The position numbers and the translations under genes are program-made. Shown here one piece after another: positions 36,823-48,063 of a stretch of 64,000 nt of DNA. The notes below the pieces were generated by a model, which had not been told where the DNA came from, did not search any database, and saw only the letters and a program-made list of their open reading frames with translations. This stretch comes from Nemertoderma westbladi (Eukaryota; Animalia; Xenacoelomorpha), in contig JAUCBJ010009089.1 in assembly GCA_032718475.1 (NCBI GenBank), positions 1 to 64,000 on the forward strand, read 5' to 3'. Positions within the stretch are counted from its first letter, which is position 1. Every line of letters starts with the position of its first letter.

Positions 36823-38328
36823 TATGGTGGCCCATTAGAGCCACTACACTTTATTTATTAATTTTTGCGTGAATAAAATTTAATTTAATTTAATGTTAAT
36901 ATTTAAATCAAGTACAATTTAAAAAAATACATTAAATTTACTTTCACTTTTGTTTCCAATTAGATTAGTTTTACTTTTACTTTCGTTTTATTTTTAGTTT
37001 TACTTTCACTTTCGTTTTAATATTAGTTTTACATTAACTTTCGATTTCATTTTAGTTTTACTTTAACTTTAACTTTCGTTTTCATTTCATTTTCGATTTT
37101 TGCACACGACCCATTACAGTCACCCTATTAGCCAAGGACTACTTTTACCCTTACAATCAATTGCAGGCTGTGGCTCCAATGGGCCATGCAAGGCAGCCCA
37201 GTACAGCCATCGATTTTCGAAGAGAAACTTAAAACGGATTTTTGCAGGTGGCCCATGGCGGTCATTTCCCTATGATGGGACTAGGAGAGCCAGACTGACA
37301 GAGAGAAGTCACAGCCTAGGCCTAACCCATACACCAGCAACAATCCAGCATTGTGACATTACTGCAATTCTTTATTTCATTATTGCATTCTACAAGAGTT
37401 TTGAAAACAACACAATTTGTCGTGACCGTCACGAGATAGCAACCACATAGGGCCATCGGACTGAAACGGGGTCTTATGAGGTTTTTTCCTATTTTCTAAT
37501 CTTCTAGCCTCCAAAATGTCTGGGGCAATGTCCCCCATTATTTGGTATACCGGTACAAGAGACCGTGGCACCTTGATTCCATGGAAAGTTCGTAATTTCA
37601 AATGGAAAAGGCCCGATACCCGAGATTCCTTCCTGGTCCATCCAGTTCTTGGATTACTACAGTGTTCCTTACACTCTCTAAAGTAGTGTTGTAAGTAATG
37701 TAATTAATTTCAAAAAAACGAAGTCTTCGATCAAGTGATTTCAAAGATGGGAAGTGTCAAATTCCTTTGTAAGACTAACTAGAATCTCCTTTCGTTTCCA
37801 GTTCTGCGCTACTAAATCCGTCATCCTTCGTTTGAGAACATGGTCATTTTGCCATGCCATCGCCAGACCCCCTATGGGTGTCTAGCATGGCGTGTATATA
37901 TGGGGTATATGGGGTGAAGGATGAACCGGTCGGCAGTCGGGATGCCTATTCATTCTGGCTTAGAGATAAAGGACTCTGTATCCGACTCCTGTATCCTATT
38001 CGACTCTTTAAATGAATAAATGAAATAGGCCTAAACCAATGATCTAAACTAAAGCAGTAAAATGCCTTACAGCAAGCCAATAATTCAGCAATATTCAGTA
38101 GTGTATGAGTTAGGCCGAGGTTGTGAATTCTCTCTGTCAGTCTGGCTCTCCTAGTCCCATCATAGGGAAATGACCGCCATGGGCCACCTGCAAAAATCAG
38201 TTTTAAGTTTCTCTTCGAAATTCGATGGCTGTACTGGGCTGCCTTTCTTGGCCCATTGGAGCCACAGCCTGCAATTGATTGTAAGGGTAAAAGGTGGCCG
38301 CCGTAGTCCTTGGCTAATATGGTGACTC
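36823..38328. mobile_element. Second IS3EU-type remnant, internally deleted
   Basis: Begins TATGGTGGCCCATTAGAGCCAC, then a T-rich repeated tract. A ~190-bp inverted repeat (37118-37307 vs 38129-38328) encloses a transposase 5' fragment. Confidence 0.65.
37380..37860 (-). pseudogene. N-terminal part of an integrase-core (IS3EU-type) transposase
   Basis: MAWQNDHVL...SLDRRLRFFEI...ELDGPGRNLGYRA..KLRTFHGIKVPR...GPMWLLSRDGHDKL (contains the first catalytic Asp region). Frameshifted. Confidence 0.8.
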
Positions 38329-38968
38329 ATGGAATACTAAATATAGACGGAACCGCATTATTGTTATTTTTTCGGCCCCGAAATTTTTTTCAATAAAATA
38401 GTAGTATATGCCATAGAAACCTCAGAAAAAAAATTTAAGCAAATTTGACCGGAGCGTTTCCATGGAAACCGGGCAAACATAAAATTTCTAGGTTTTGTCA
38501 TGAATTAATTATTTTTTGCAACTACTATCCTATTTATTTTTATCATATTTATTTTTATTTCTAGCACAGGTAACTATACAGTAGCAACGAGGTAAAATCG
38601 ATTAATTTATATATATTAAATATATTTAAATAAACACTGCTGTGGAAGCTAATTTTGACACTTTTATTAGTTTTATATATTACTCTAACAGTAATTAATT
38701 CTATCCTACTTTATATAATGTAATATATACAGTATGTATAGGGAGGTTATGTAATTGATGCTTTATGCAGTATAATAATAATAAAATAATAGAAACGGCG
38801 TTTCGGCCGGCTTTAGGTCTCTTCAGCAGTACTGCCAAGTACTGGACACCCCAGTTCCAAAGATGTACCGCTGTCACTAGTAGTGATGATTGTCAAGATA
38901 CGAGTGGCGATTCTCCTATTATTCTGATTGCTGGCAGAGTCTCCGGGTGGCAGTAGATGTAGAATCAT

Positions 38969-39075
38969 CAGCCAGGGTGGCAACGTGGCAGTGTTAGTAG
39001 AGATGACAGCCAGGGTGGCAACGTGGCAGTGGTAGTAGAAACAACAGCCATGGTGGCAACGTGGTAGGTAGTGGA
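38969..39075. repeat. 38-bp tandem repeat (CAGCCAGGGTGGCAACGTGGCAGTG...), ~3 copies
   Basis: Units start at 38969, 39007 and 39045. Confidence 0.9.
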
Positions 39076-39518
39076 AACACGTTGTGGGGTCTTCGAGCAG
39101 CACGTGTTCAAATGTTCAATGACTGAGCAGCGACTAATTAACAAATTTATGAGAGATTCATTGACCAGCTACCGACAGACCAATATTGTGACATATATTT
39201 TAGTTTAATGTTTGATTCAATTAGAGGCACAAATTAAAAAGGCTACAAATATATAGGGGTGAATAATTACATTAATCACCCATTAAAAGGTAGCCAAATA
39301 ATATAAGTTGCAATCTATATAAATTTTTAAATTCAGTAGTGTGCGTGTGTTGTGTATTGATCCCGTATATTTCATGTTGTAATAGCGTTCATTAATTTAA
39401 TTTCTATTTAATTATTCAGGCATACTAATACCCACTTTAAATTAGTTCGTGTGTGTTAAGTGTGTAAGATTTGATTGTTTTGGCACGAACCCATTAGGGC
39501 ACAGAAACTGACGGATTC

Positions 39519-39585
39519 TTCGCGAATTTCGCAAACGTCGCGAATTTCACAAACGTCGCGAATTTCGCAAACGTCGCAAACTTCG
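39519..39585. repeat. 18-bp tandem repeat (TCGCGAATTTCGCAAACG), ~3.5 copies
   Basis: Direct copies, each internally palindromic. Confidence 0.9.
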
Positions 39586-39615
39586 GGAATTTGTTCTACA
39601 ATTTTGACTCCTTAA

Positions 39616-40000
39616 GCAAAAGGGTCCCGAATGAGTTTTTTAACCTTTATTTTTTTGTGATTTTGAGTGCTTTTTTATATTAGTGAATGCTCTAGAACCT
39701 TAGTAGATTTTTTATGGTATAATGCTAGTATTTTTTTACTAGCTAGTAATTTTTGGAAATTATTTTGGTCATTAATATATTCTTCAACAGTTTAACCTGA
39801 AATATCATGGACTTTCACATTTTTTATAATTATTTATAAAAATACTAGCTAGCAAAAAAATACTACCGGTAGCTATCATCAAAAACATATCTACTAATGT
39901 TCTAGAACTTTCACCAATAACAAAAAAATTTAAAAACTCTAAAAAAGGATTGGTGAAAAATGGCTGGGGTGTCGACAGGGCGAAGTAGGGACCGTGTTGC
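39616..40000. mobile_element. MITE with TTAA TSD
   Basis: TTAA at 39612-15 and 40001-04. Imperfect TIR GCAAAAGGGTCCC / GGGACCGTGTTGC, plus internal inverted arms. Confidence 0.7.
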
Positions 40001-40004
40001 TTAA

Positions 40005-41173
40005 CCCCTTAGAGCCTATGACGTCCAGTGAATTTCACCATGGACAACACTAAGACGTGCAGTGGACGTTATGCTGCAATACATGTTTTATTGGAAGGCT
40101 CTTGGTCTAGGTATACTGGTGGATAGTATTAAAGACATTTAGTGCTCTTCATGGCAAAAAATCCATTCTGTACTGTAGATAGGCTTTATTGTAGACTGTA
40201 TTATCAATGTTAGGTATATGGCGTAATGCCAACCACAGTACAGTAGTACAGACTGACAGTAAGACCGACAGACAGACAGACTAGATTTATGTAAACGTGT
40301 AAACTGACATCAGAAATGAAATCAGCAACCCTTAACACCCCCATAGCGGGAATGTTGGTTAGTTAGTATACTTTCTTAATTTTTGACAGACTGACTGACA
40401 GAAAGACCGACAGACCAACAGCCAGACAGACTAGATTTATTAAACTTGAAAACTGACATCTGAAATGAAATCAGCACCCATTAAAACCCCCATAACGAGA
40501 ATTTTAGTTAGTTAGTATTATTTTTTAAGTTTTGACAGACTGACTGACTGACAGAAAGACCGACAAACTAGATTAATGTAAACCTGAAAACTGACATCAG
40601 AAATGAAATCAGCACCCCTTAAAACCCCCATAGCGAGAATGTTAGTTAATTTGAATTATTTTTTATGTTTTGTCAGACTGACTAACAGAATGACCGACAG
40701 ACAGACATACTAGATTTATGTAAACGTGAAAACTGACATCAGAAATGTAATCAGCACCCCTTAAAACCCCCACAGCGAGAATGTTAGCGACACGTTTTAA
40801 TTATTAACCATATTTCGTAAGATATATTGTAAACATTTATTTATTAATAATGCAATAACTGAATAACCACATAACGGAAAGACAAATCGAATTGAAACTT
40901 TTAATTACTAATAATAATTGTGGTGAGAGGTGATTGGAAATTAAGCTTATATGTTATGTTATGGTAGGCACAGGCAAATTAATTGATGTTTGTTGAGATG
41001 TATTGAAGGAGCGCTATTCCTTATACTAGACTACTACAGGTTAGGCCATGTCCTTGTGTGCTAGCCTAGGCACTGGCTTGGTCAATGACTTCAGATTGCC
41101 ATGTTAGTAATGTACAACTTCAAGAAATATTATTGGGCACGGCTGCCCTTGTCATGCCTTAGGCTCTAAGGGG
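40005..41173. mobile_element. piggyBac-like non-autonomous element with a nested insertion
   Basis: 14-bp TIR CCCCTTAGAGCCTA / TAGGCTCTAAGGGG. The left TTAA is present; the right TTAA is not retained. Confidence 0.7.
40250..40790. repeat. ~140-bp tandem repeat x4 with (GACA)n tracts, Helentron/DINE-1-like core array
   Basis: CTAGATTTATGTAAAC...CTGACATCAGAAATGAAATCAGCACCC recurs at ~40281, 40431, 40568 and 40710. Confidence 0.85.
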
Positions 41174-41309
41174 GAGAATGGAATCAGCGTATGAATTTAC
41201 AATGTTAATTACGTTTAAATCAATTAAAAATACATTTATTATCGCAAATCACTTGAAAAAATAAAAAACTATAATAAAAACTATAATAAATATATAACTA
41301 ATAATATAA

Positions 41310-41327
41310 CACACACACCACCACACC

Positions 41328-41415
<88 letters not shown>
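41310..41415. repeat. (CA)n microsatellite
   Basis: Directly visible. Confidence 0.98.
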
Positions 41416-41418
<3 letters not shown>

Positions 41419-41820
41419 CTACACGCACACCCGCCATGGTTCTTTCACACACTGAATTTTGAATTTTACTAACTGTAAAATTCATTATATCTTCACATCA
41501 ACAATTTGCAGAGTTTGTGTCATGTTTTTTTCACACACGAAATGAAAATTACAAAACATCTGCTAAGGGGCGTCGGAGGGGTGGTTGCGATGTGTGTGTG
41601 ACTTTATAATTTTTTGCATTGTATGTGTTATTTACAAATTCCCGCTTTCTGGTTATTTCTGCTACTTTCTACCTTATCCAAGTATTTACCGAGTGCCGAG
41701 CCGGTGAGGTAAATATAACAAAATACATAAATAATAATAAATAAAATAAATATAAATACATAATTTGAATAATTTATAATCGAACATGATTTATTCAAGT
41801 TTGTTCTAATTGGCCATTTT

Positions 41821-42208
41821 GGAAGCAGGACAATTCGGTCCCGGACAATTCGGTCCGGACAATTCGGTCCCGGACAATTCGGTCCCGGACAATTCGGTCC
41901 CATTAATTTTATGTTTTGGGATCGAATTGTCCGGGACCGAATTGTCCGGGACCGAATTGTCCGGGACCGAATTGTCCGGATACTGACTAGGACAATTCGG
42001 TCCCGGACAATTCGGTCCCGGACAATTCGGTCCTAGGACAATTCGGTCCTAGGACAATTCGGTCCCTGACAATTCGGTCCCGGACAATTCGGTCCCATTT
42101 ATTTAGTGTTTTGGGACCGAATTGTCCGGGACCGAATTGTCCGGGACCGAATTGTCCGGACCGAATTGTCCTGGACCGAATTGTCCGGGACCGAATTGTC
42201 CTACATCC
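41821..42208. mobile_element. MULE-type foldback MITE built of 15-bp repeats (GGACAATTCGGTCCC)
   Basis: 9-bp TSD GGCCATTTT at 41812-20 and 42209-17. Ends are GGAAGCAGGACAATTC and GAATTGTCCTACATCC. Confidence 0.9.
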
Positions 42209-42692
42209 GGCCATTTTAGGTTTATATAATATACTCCAAGCCATACTTACAAGTCTTCCTCATCTTACATACCTTGTGCGGTATTTCTGTTTTTTTAGTT
42301 TATTTCCCTGATGATGCCCCTAGTGGGAGAAATTAATTGGATTGTATAATAAAACAGATAGAGTCGGGCGTAAAGAAACTCCTTTATTTCTCAGTCAGTG
42401 CACGAAATGCATTGTCGCGCCCTGAAGCCGGCTTGCCGTTTGATTAATAACTTTAATATGATAGATGTCTGGCTATGAGTAAAATGCAATGACTTCACAT
42501 ATATATGTCTTAAGTCAAATGTGAATGAGCTACAAGTACGTTAAAGCACCAATATTAACATTATGTGAAGAAAACCTTTGTATTCATTCAGACTGGCCCA
42601 CATTGACTATTATAGGGTCTTCTCCGTTTTTTCAGAATCAATATGCCTAAAATGATCTATGGCTATGAGTAAAGGGTAACAGTATAACATAA

Positions 42693-43438
42693 GGGCTATC
42701 GTCCCCAACACCCCCACTCCGTTTCTTGGGGGCTATCGTCCCCAACACCCCCACATCTTTTCTTGGGAGCTATTGTCCCCAACACCCCCACTTCTTTTCT
42801 TGGGGGCTATCGTCCCCAACACCCCCACTTCTTTTCTTGGGGGCTATCGTCCCCAACACCGCCACTTCTTTGCTTGGGGGCTATCGTCCCCAACACCCCC
42901 ACTTCTTTTCTTGGGGGCTATCGTCCCCAACACCCCCACTTCTTTTCGTGGGGGCTGTCGTCCCCAACACCCCCACTTCTTTTCTTGGGGGCTATCGTCC
43001 CCAACACCCCCACTTCTTTTCTTGGGGGCTATCGTCCCCAACACCCCCACTTCTTTTCGTGGGGGCTATCGTCCCCAACACCCCCACTTCTTTTCTTGGG
43101 GGCTATCGTCCCCAACACCGCCACTTCTTTGCTTGGGGGCTATCGTCCCCAACACCCCCACTTCTTTTCTTGGGGGCTATCGTCCCCAACACCCCCACTT
43201 CTTTTCGTGGGGGCTGTCGTCCCCAACACCCCCACTTCTTTTCTTGGGGGCTATCGTCCCCAACACCGCCACTTCTTTTCTTGGGGGCTATCGTCCCCAA
43301 CACCCCCACTTCTTTTCTTGGGGGCTATCGTACCCAACACCCCCACTTCTTTTCTTGGGGGCTATCGTCCCCAACACCCCCACTTCTTTTCTTGGGGGCT
43401 ATCGTCCCCAACACCCCCACTTCTTTTCTTGGGGGCTA
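42693..43438. repeat. 37-bp minisatellite (GGGGGCTATCGTCCCCAACACCCCCACTTCTTTTCTT), ~20 copies
   Basis: Direct tandem copies. Confidence 0.98.
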
Positions 43439-44289
43439 GCGTTTTCTTTTTTCTTGGGGACCACAAACAATTGTCGCAATATTATGACAGCCACAAAAAA
43501 ATATCGTAATGTTGTGACAGTCACAAACAATTGTCGCAAGGTTGTGACAGCCACAAACAATTGTCGTAATGTTGTGACAGCCACAAACAATTGTCTTAAT
43601 GTTGCGACAGCCACAAACAATTGTCGTAATATTGTGACAACCACAAACAATTGTCGTAATGTTGTGACGGCCACAAACAATTGTCCGAATGTTGTGACAG
43701 CCACAAACAATTGTCGTAATGTTGCGACAGTCACAAACAATTGTCGTAATATTGTGACAGCCACAAAAAATTGTCGTAATGTTGTGACGGCCACAAACAA
43801 TTGTCCGAATGTTGTGACAGCCACAAACAATTGTCGTAATGTTGCGACAGCCACAAACAATTGTCGCAATATTCTGACAGCCACAATCAATTGTCACAAT
43901 GTTGTGACAGCCACAAACAATTGTCGCAATGTTGTGACAACCACAAACAATTGTAGCAATATTGTGACAGCCACAAAGAACTGTCGTATTATTGTGACAG
44001 CTACAAACAATTGTCGTAATATTGTGACAGCCACAATCAATTGTCACAATGTTGTGACAGCCACAAACAATTGTCGTAATATTGTGACAGCCACAATCAA
44101 TTGTCACAATGTTGTGACAGCCACAAACCATTGTCGTAATGTTGCGACAGCCACAAACAATTGTCGTAACATTGTGACAGCTACAAACAATTGTCGTAAT
44201 ATTGTGACAGCCACAATCAATTGTCACAATGTTGTGACGGCCACAAACAATTGTCCAAATGTTGTAACAGCCACAAACAATTGCCGTAA

Positions 44290-44625
44290 TATTAGAATTA
44301 ATCTTCAAATAAACTTTTAAATTTATCATCAAAATAATATAAGTGTGTAAATGTACCTCTTTATCAGCGGTGGGTTCATCGAGCAGATCAAGATCGCTTG
44401 TGCAGATCGGTTGCTTATCAGGAGCAGCAGAGCCACCCAATATCAACGGAATATTATCCGTTATGTCGTCAATTTCTTCGTTAAACTAGAAAAAATATAG
44501 ATACATTGGATTGTGTTAATAAACAATGCTTGCAGGTTTGCAAAAAGTAACTCTTGCAAACCTCTTACCATGGTAGTTTCACACACAAAATCTCACAGCT
44601 AAAACTAACTGTGTTGGGACACTAA
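44290..44625 (-). repeat. ~335-bp cassette (first of six) containing a 129-bp exon-like segment at 44357-44485
   Basis: Exon-like segments at 44357-44485, 45920-46048, 47721-47849, 49763-49891, 54238-54371 and 55987-56115, each bounded by ttttttctAG and GTa on the minus strand. Confidence 0.9.
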
Positions 44626-47600
44626 CAAAATTTTCCGAATATTGTGACAGCCACAATCAATTGTAGTAATTTTGTGACAGCCACAAACAATTGTCTGAAT
44701 GTTGTGACAGCCACAAACATTTGTCGCAATGTTGGGATTGCCACAAACAATTTTCCGAATGTTGTGGCAGCCACAAACAATTGTCGCAATGTTGTAACAG
44801 CCACAAACAATTGTCCGAATGTTGTGATAGCCACAAACAATTGTCGTAATGTTGTGACAGCCACAAACAATTGTAGTAATGTTGTGACAGCCACAAGCAA
44901 TTGTCGCAATATTGTGACAGCCACAAAAAATTGTCGTAATGTTGTGACAGTCACAAACAATTTCAGAATGTTGTGACAGCCGCAAACAATTGCCAGAATG
45001 TTATGACAGCCACAAACAATAGTCGTAGTTTTGTGATACGCACAAACAATGGAGAAATTCTGTATCAGCCACGAACAACTGCTGTGTTGCAGTATGCCGT
45101 GCAACCGGGACAGCTACAAACAATTTTCGTAATGTTGAGACAGCCATAAACAATTGTCGTAGTATTGTGACAACCACAAACAATTGTCGTAATGTTGTGA
45201 CGGCCACAAACAATTGTCCGAATGTTGTGACAGCCACAAACAATTGTCGTAATGTTGCGACAGTCACAAACAATTGTCGTAATATTGTGACAGCCACAAA
45301 AAATTGTCGTAATGTTGTGACGGCCACAAACAATTGTCCGAATGTTGTGACAGCCACAAACAATTGTCGTAATGTTGCGACAGCTACAAACAATTGTCGC
45401 AATATTCTGACAGCCACAATCAATTGTCACAATGTTGTGACAGCCACAAACAATTGTCGCAATGTTGTGACAACCACAAACAATTGTAGCAATATTGTGA
45501 CAGCCTCAAACAATTGACGCCATGTAATGACAGCCACAAAGAATTGTCGTAATATTGTGACAGCTACAAACAATTGTCGTAATATTGTGACAGCCACAAT
45601 CAATTGACACAATGTTGTGGCAGCCACAAACAATTGTCGTAATATTGTGACAGCCACAATCAATTGTCACAATGTAGTGACAGCCACAAACCATTGTCGT
45701 AATGTTGCGACAGCCACAAACAATTGTCGTAACATTGTGACAGCTACAAACAATTGTCGTAATATTGTGACAGCCACAATCAATTGTCACAATGTTGTTA
45801 CGGCCACAAACAATTCTCCAAATGTTGTAACAGCCACAAACAATTGCCGTAATATTAGAATTAATCTTCAAATAAACTTTTAAATTTATCATCAAAATAA
45901 TATAAGTGTGTAAATTTACCGCTTTATCAGCGGTGGGTTCATCGAGCAGATCAAGATCGCTTGTGAAGATCGGTTGCTTTTCAGGAGCAGCAGAGCCACC
46001 CAATATCAACGGAATACTATCCGTTATGTCGTCAATTTCTTCGTTAAACTAGAAAAAATATAGATACATTGGATTGTGTTAATAAACAATGCTTGCAGGT
46101 TTGCAAAAAGTAACTCTTGCAAACCTCTTACCATGGTAGTTTCACACACAAAATCTCACAGCTAAAACTAACTGTGTTGGGACACTAACAAAATTTTCCG
46201 AATATTGTGACAGCCACAATCAATTGTAGTAATTTTGTGACAGCCACAAACAATTGTCTGAATGTTGTGACAGCCACAAACATTTGTCGCAATGTTGGGA
46301 CTGCCACAAACAATTTTCCGAATGTTGTGGCAGCCACAAACAATTGTCGCAATGTTGTAACAGCCACAAACAATTGTCCGAATGTTGTGACAGCCACAAG
46401 CAATTGTCGCAATATTGTGACAGCCACAATCAATTGTAGTAATTTTGTGACAGCCACAAACAATTGTCTGAATGTTGTGACAGCCACAAACATTTGTCGC
46501 AATGTTGGGACTGCCACAAACAATTGTCCGAATGTTGTGATAGCCACAAACAATTGTCGTAATGTTGTGACAGCCACAAACAATTGTAGTAATGTTGTGA
46601 CAGCCACAAGCAATTGTCGCAATATTGTGACAGCCACAAAAAATTGTCGTAATGTTGTGACAGTCACAAACAATTTCAGAATGTTGTGACAGCCGCAAAC
46701 AATTGCCAGAATGTTATGACAGCCACAAACAATAGTCGTAGTTTTGTGATACGCACAAACAATGGAGAAATTCTGTATCAGAACCAACAACTGCTGTGTT
46801 GCAGTATGCCGTGCAACCGGGACAGCTACAAACAATTTTTGTAATGTTGAGACTGCCACAAACAATTGTCGCAATGTTGTGACAGCTACAAACAATTTTC
46901 GTAATGTTGAGACAGCCACAAACAATTGTCGCAATGTTGTTACAGCTACAAACAATTTTCGTAATGTTTTGAAAGCCACAAACAATTGTCGTAATGTTGT
47001 GACTGCCACAAACAATTGTCGTAATGTTGTGACAGCCACAAACAATTGTCTCAATAATGTGACAGCCACAAACAATTGTTGCAATATTGTGACAACCACA
47101 AACAATTGACGCAATGTAATGACAGCCACAAAGAATTGTCGTAATATTGTGACAACCACAAACAATTGTCGTAATGTTGTGACGGCCACAAACAATTGTC
47201 CGAATGTTGTGAGAGCCACAAACAATTGTCGTAATGTTACGACAGTCACAAACAATTGTCATAATATTGTGACAGCCACAAAAAATTGTCGTAATGTTGT
47301 GATGGCCACAAACAATTGTCCGAATGTTGTGACAGCCACAAACAATTGTCGTAATGTTGCGACAGCCACAAATAATTGTCGCAATATTCTGACAGCCACA
47401 ATCAATTGTCACAATGTTGTGACAGCCACAAAGAATTGTCGCAATGTTGTGACAACCACAAACAATTGTAGCAATATTGTGACAGCCTCAAACAATTGAC
47501 GCAATGTAATGACAGCCACAAAGAATTGTCGTAATATTGTGACAGCTACAAACAATTGTCGTAATATTGTGACAGCTACAAACAATTGTCGTAATATTGT

Positions 47601-47963
47601 GACAGCCACAAAAATTGCAGGAATGTTGTAACAGCCACAAACAATTGCCGTAATATTAGAATTATTCTTCAAATAAACTTTTAAATTTATCATCAAAATA
47701 ATATAAGTGTGTAAATTTACCTCTTTATCAGCGGTGAGGTCATCGAGCAGATCAACATCGCTTATGCAGATCGGTTGCTTATCAGGAGCAGCAGAGCCAC
47801 CCAATATCAACGGAATATTATCCGTTATGTCGTCAATTTCTTCGTTAAACTAGAAAAAATATAGATACATTGGATTGTGTTAATAAACAATGCTTGCAGG
47901 TTTGCAAAAAGTAACTCTTGCAAACCTCTTACCATGGTAGTTTCACACACAAAATCTCAGAGC

Positions 47964-48063
47964 NNNNNNNNNNNNNNNNNNNNNNNNNNNNNNNNNNNNN
48001 NNNNNNNNNNNNNNNNNNNNNNNNNNNNNNNNNNNNNNNNNNNNNNNNNNNNNNNNNNNNNNN
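47964..48063. other. Assembly gap (100 N)
   Basis: Run of N falling inside cassette copy 3. Confidence 1.

Noticed and set aside
41628-42311. ORFs with (GPNCP)n / (RDRIV)n repeats
   Set aside because: These are translations of the 15-bp repeats of the MULE-type MITE.
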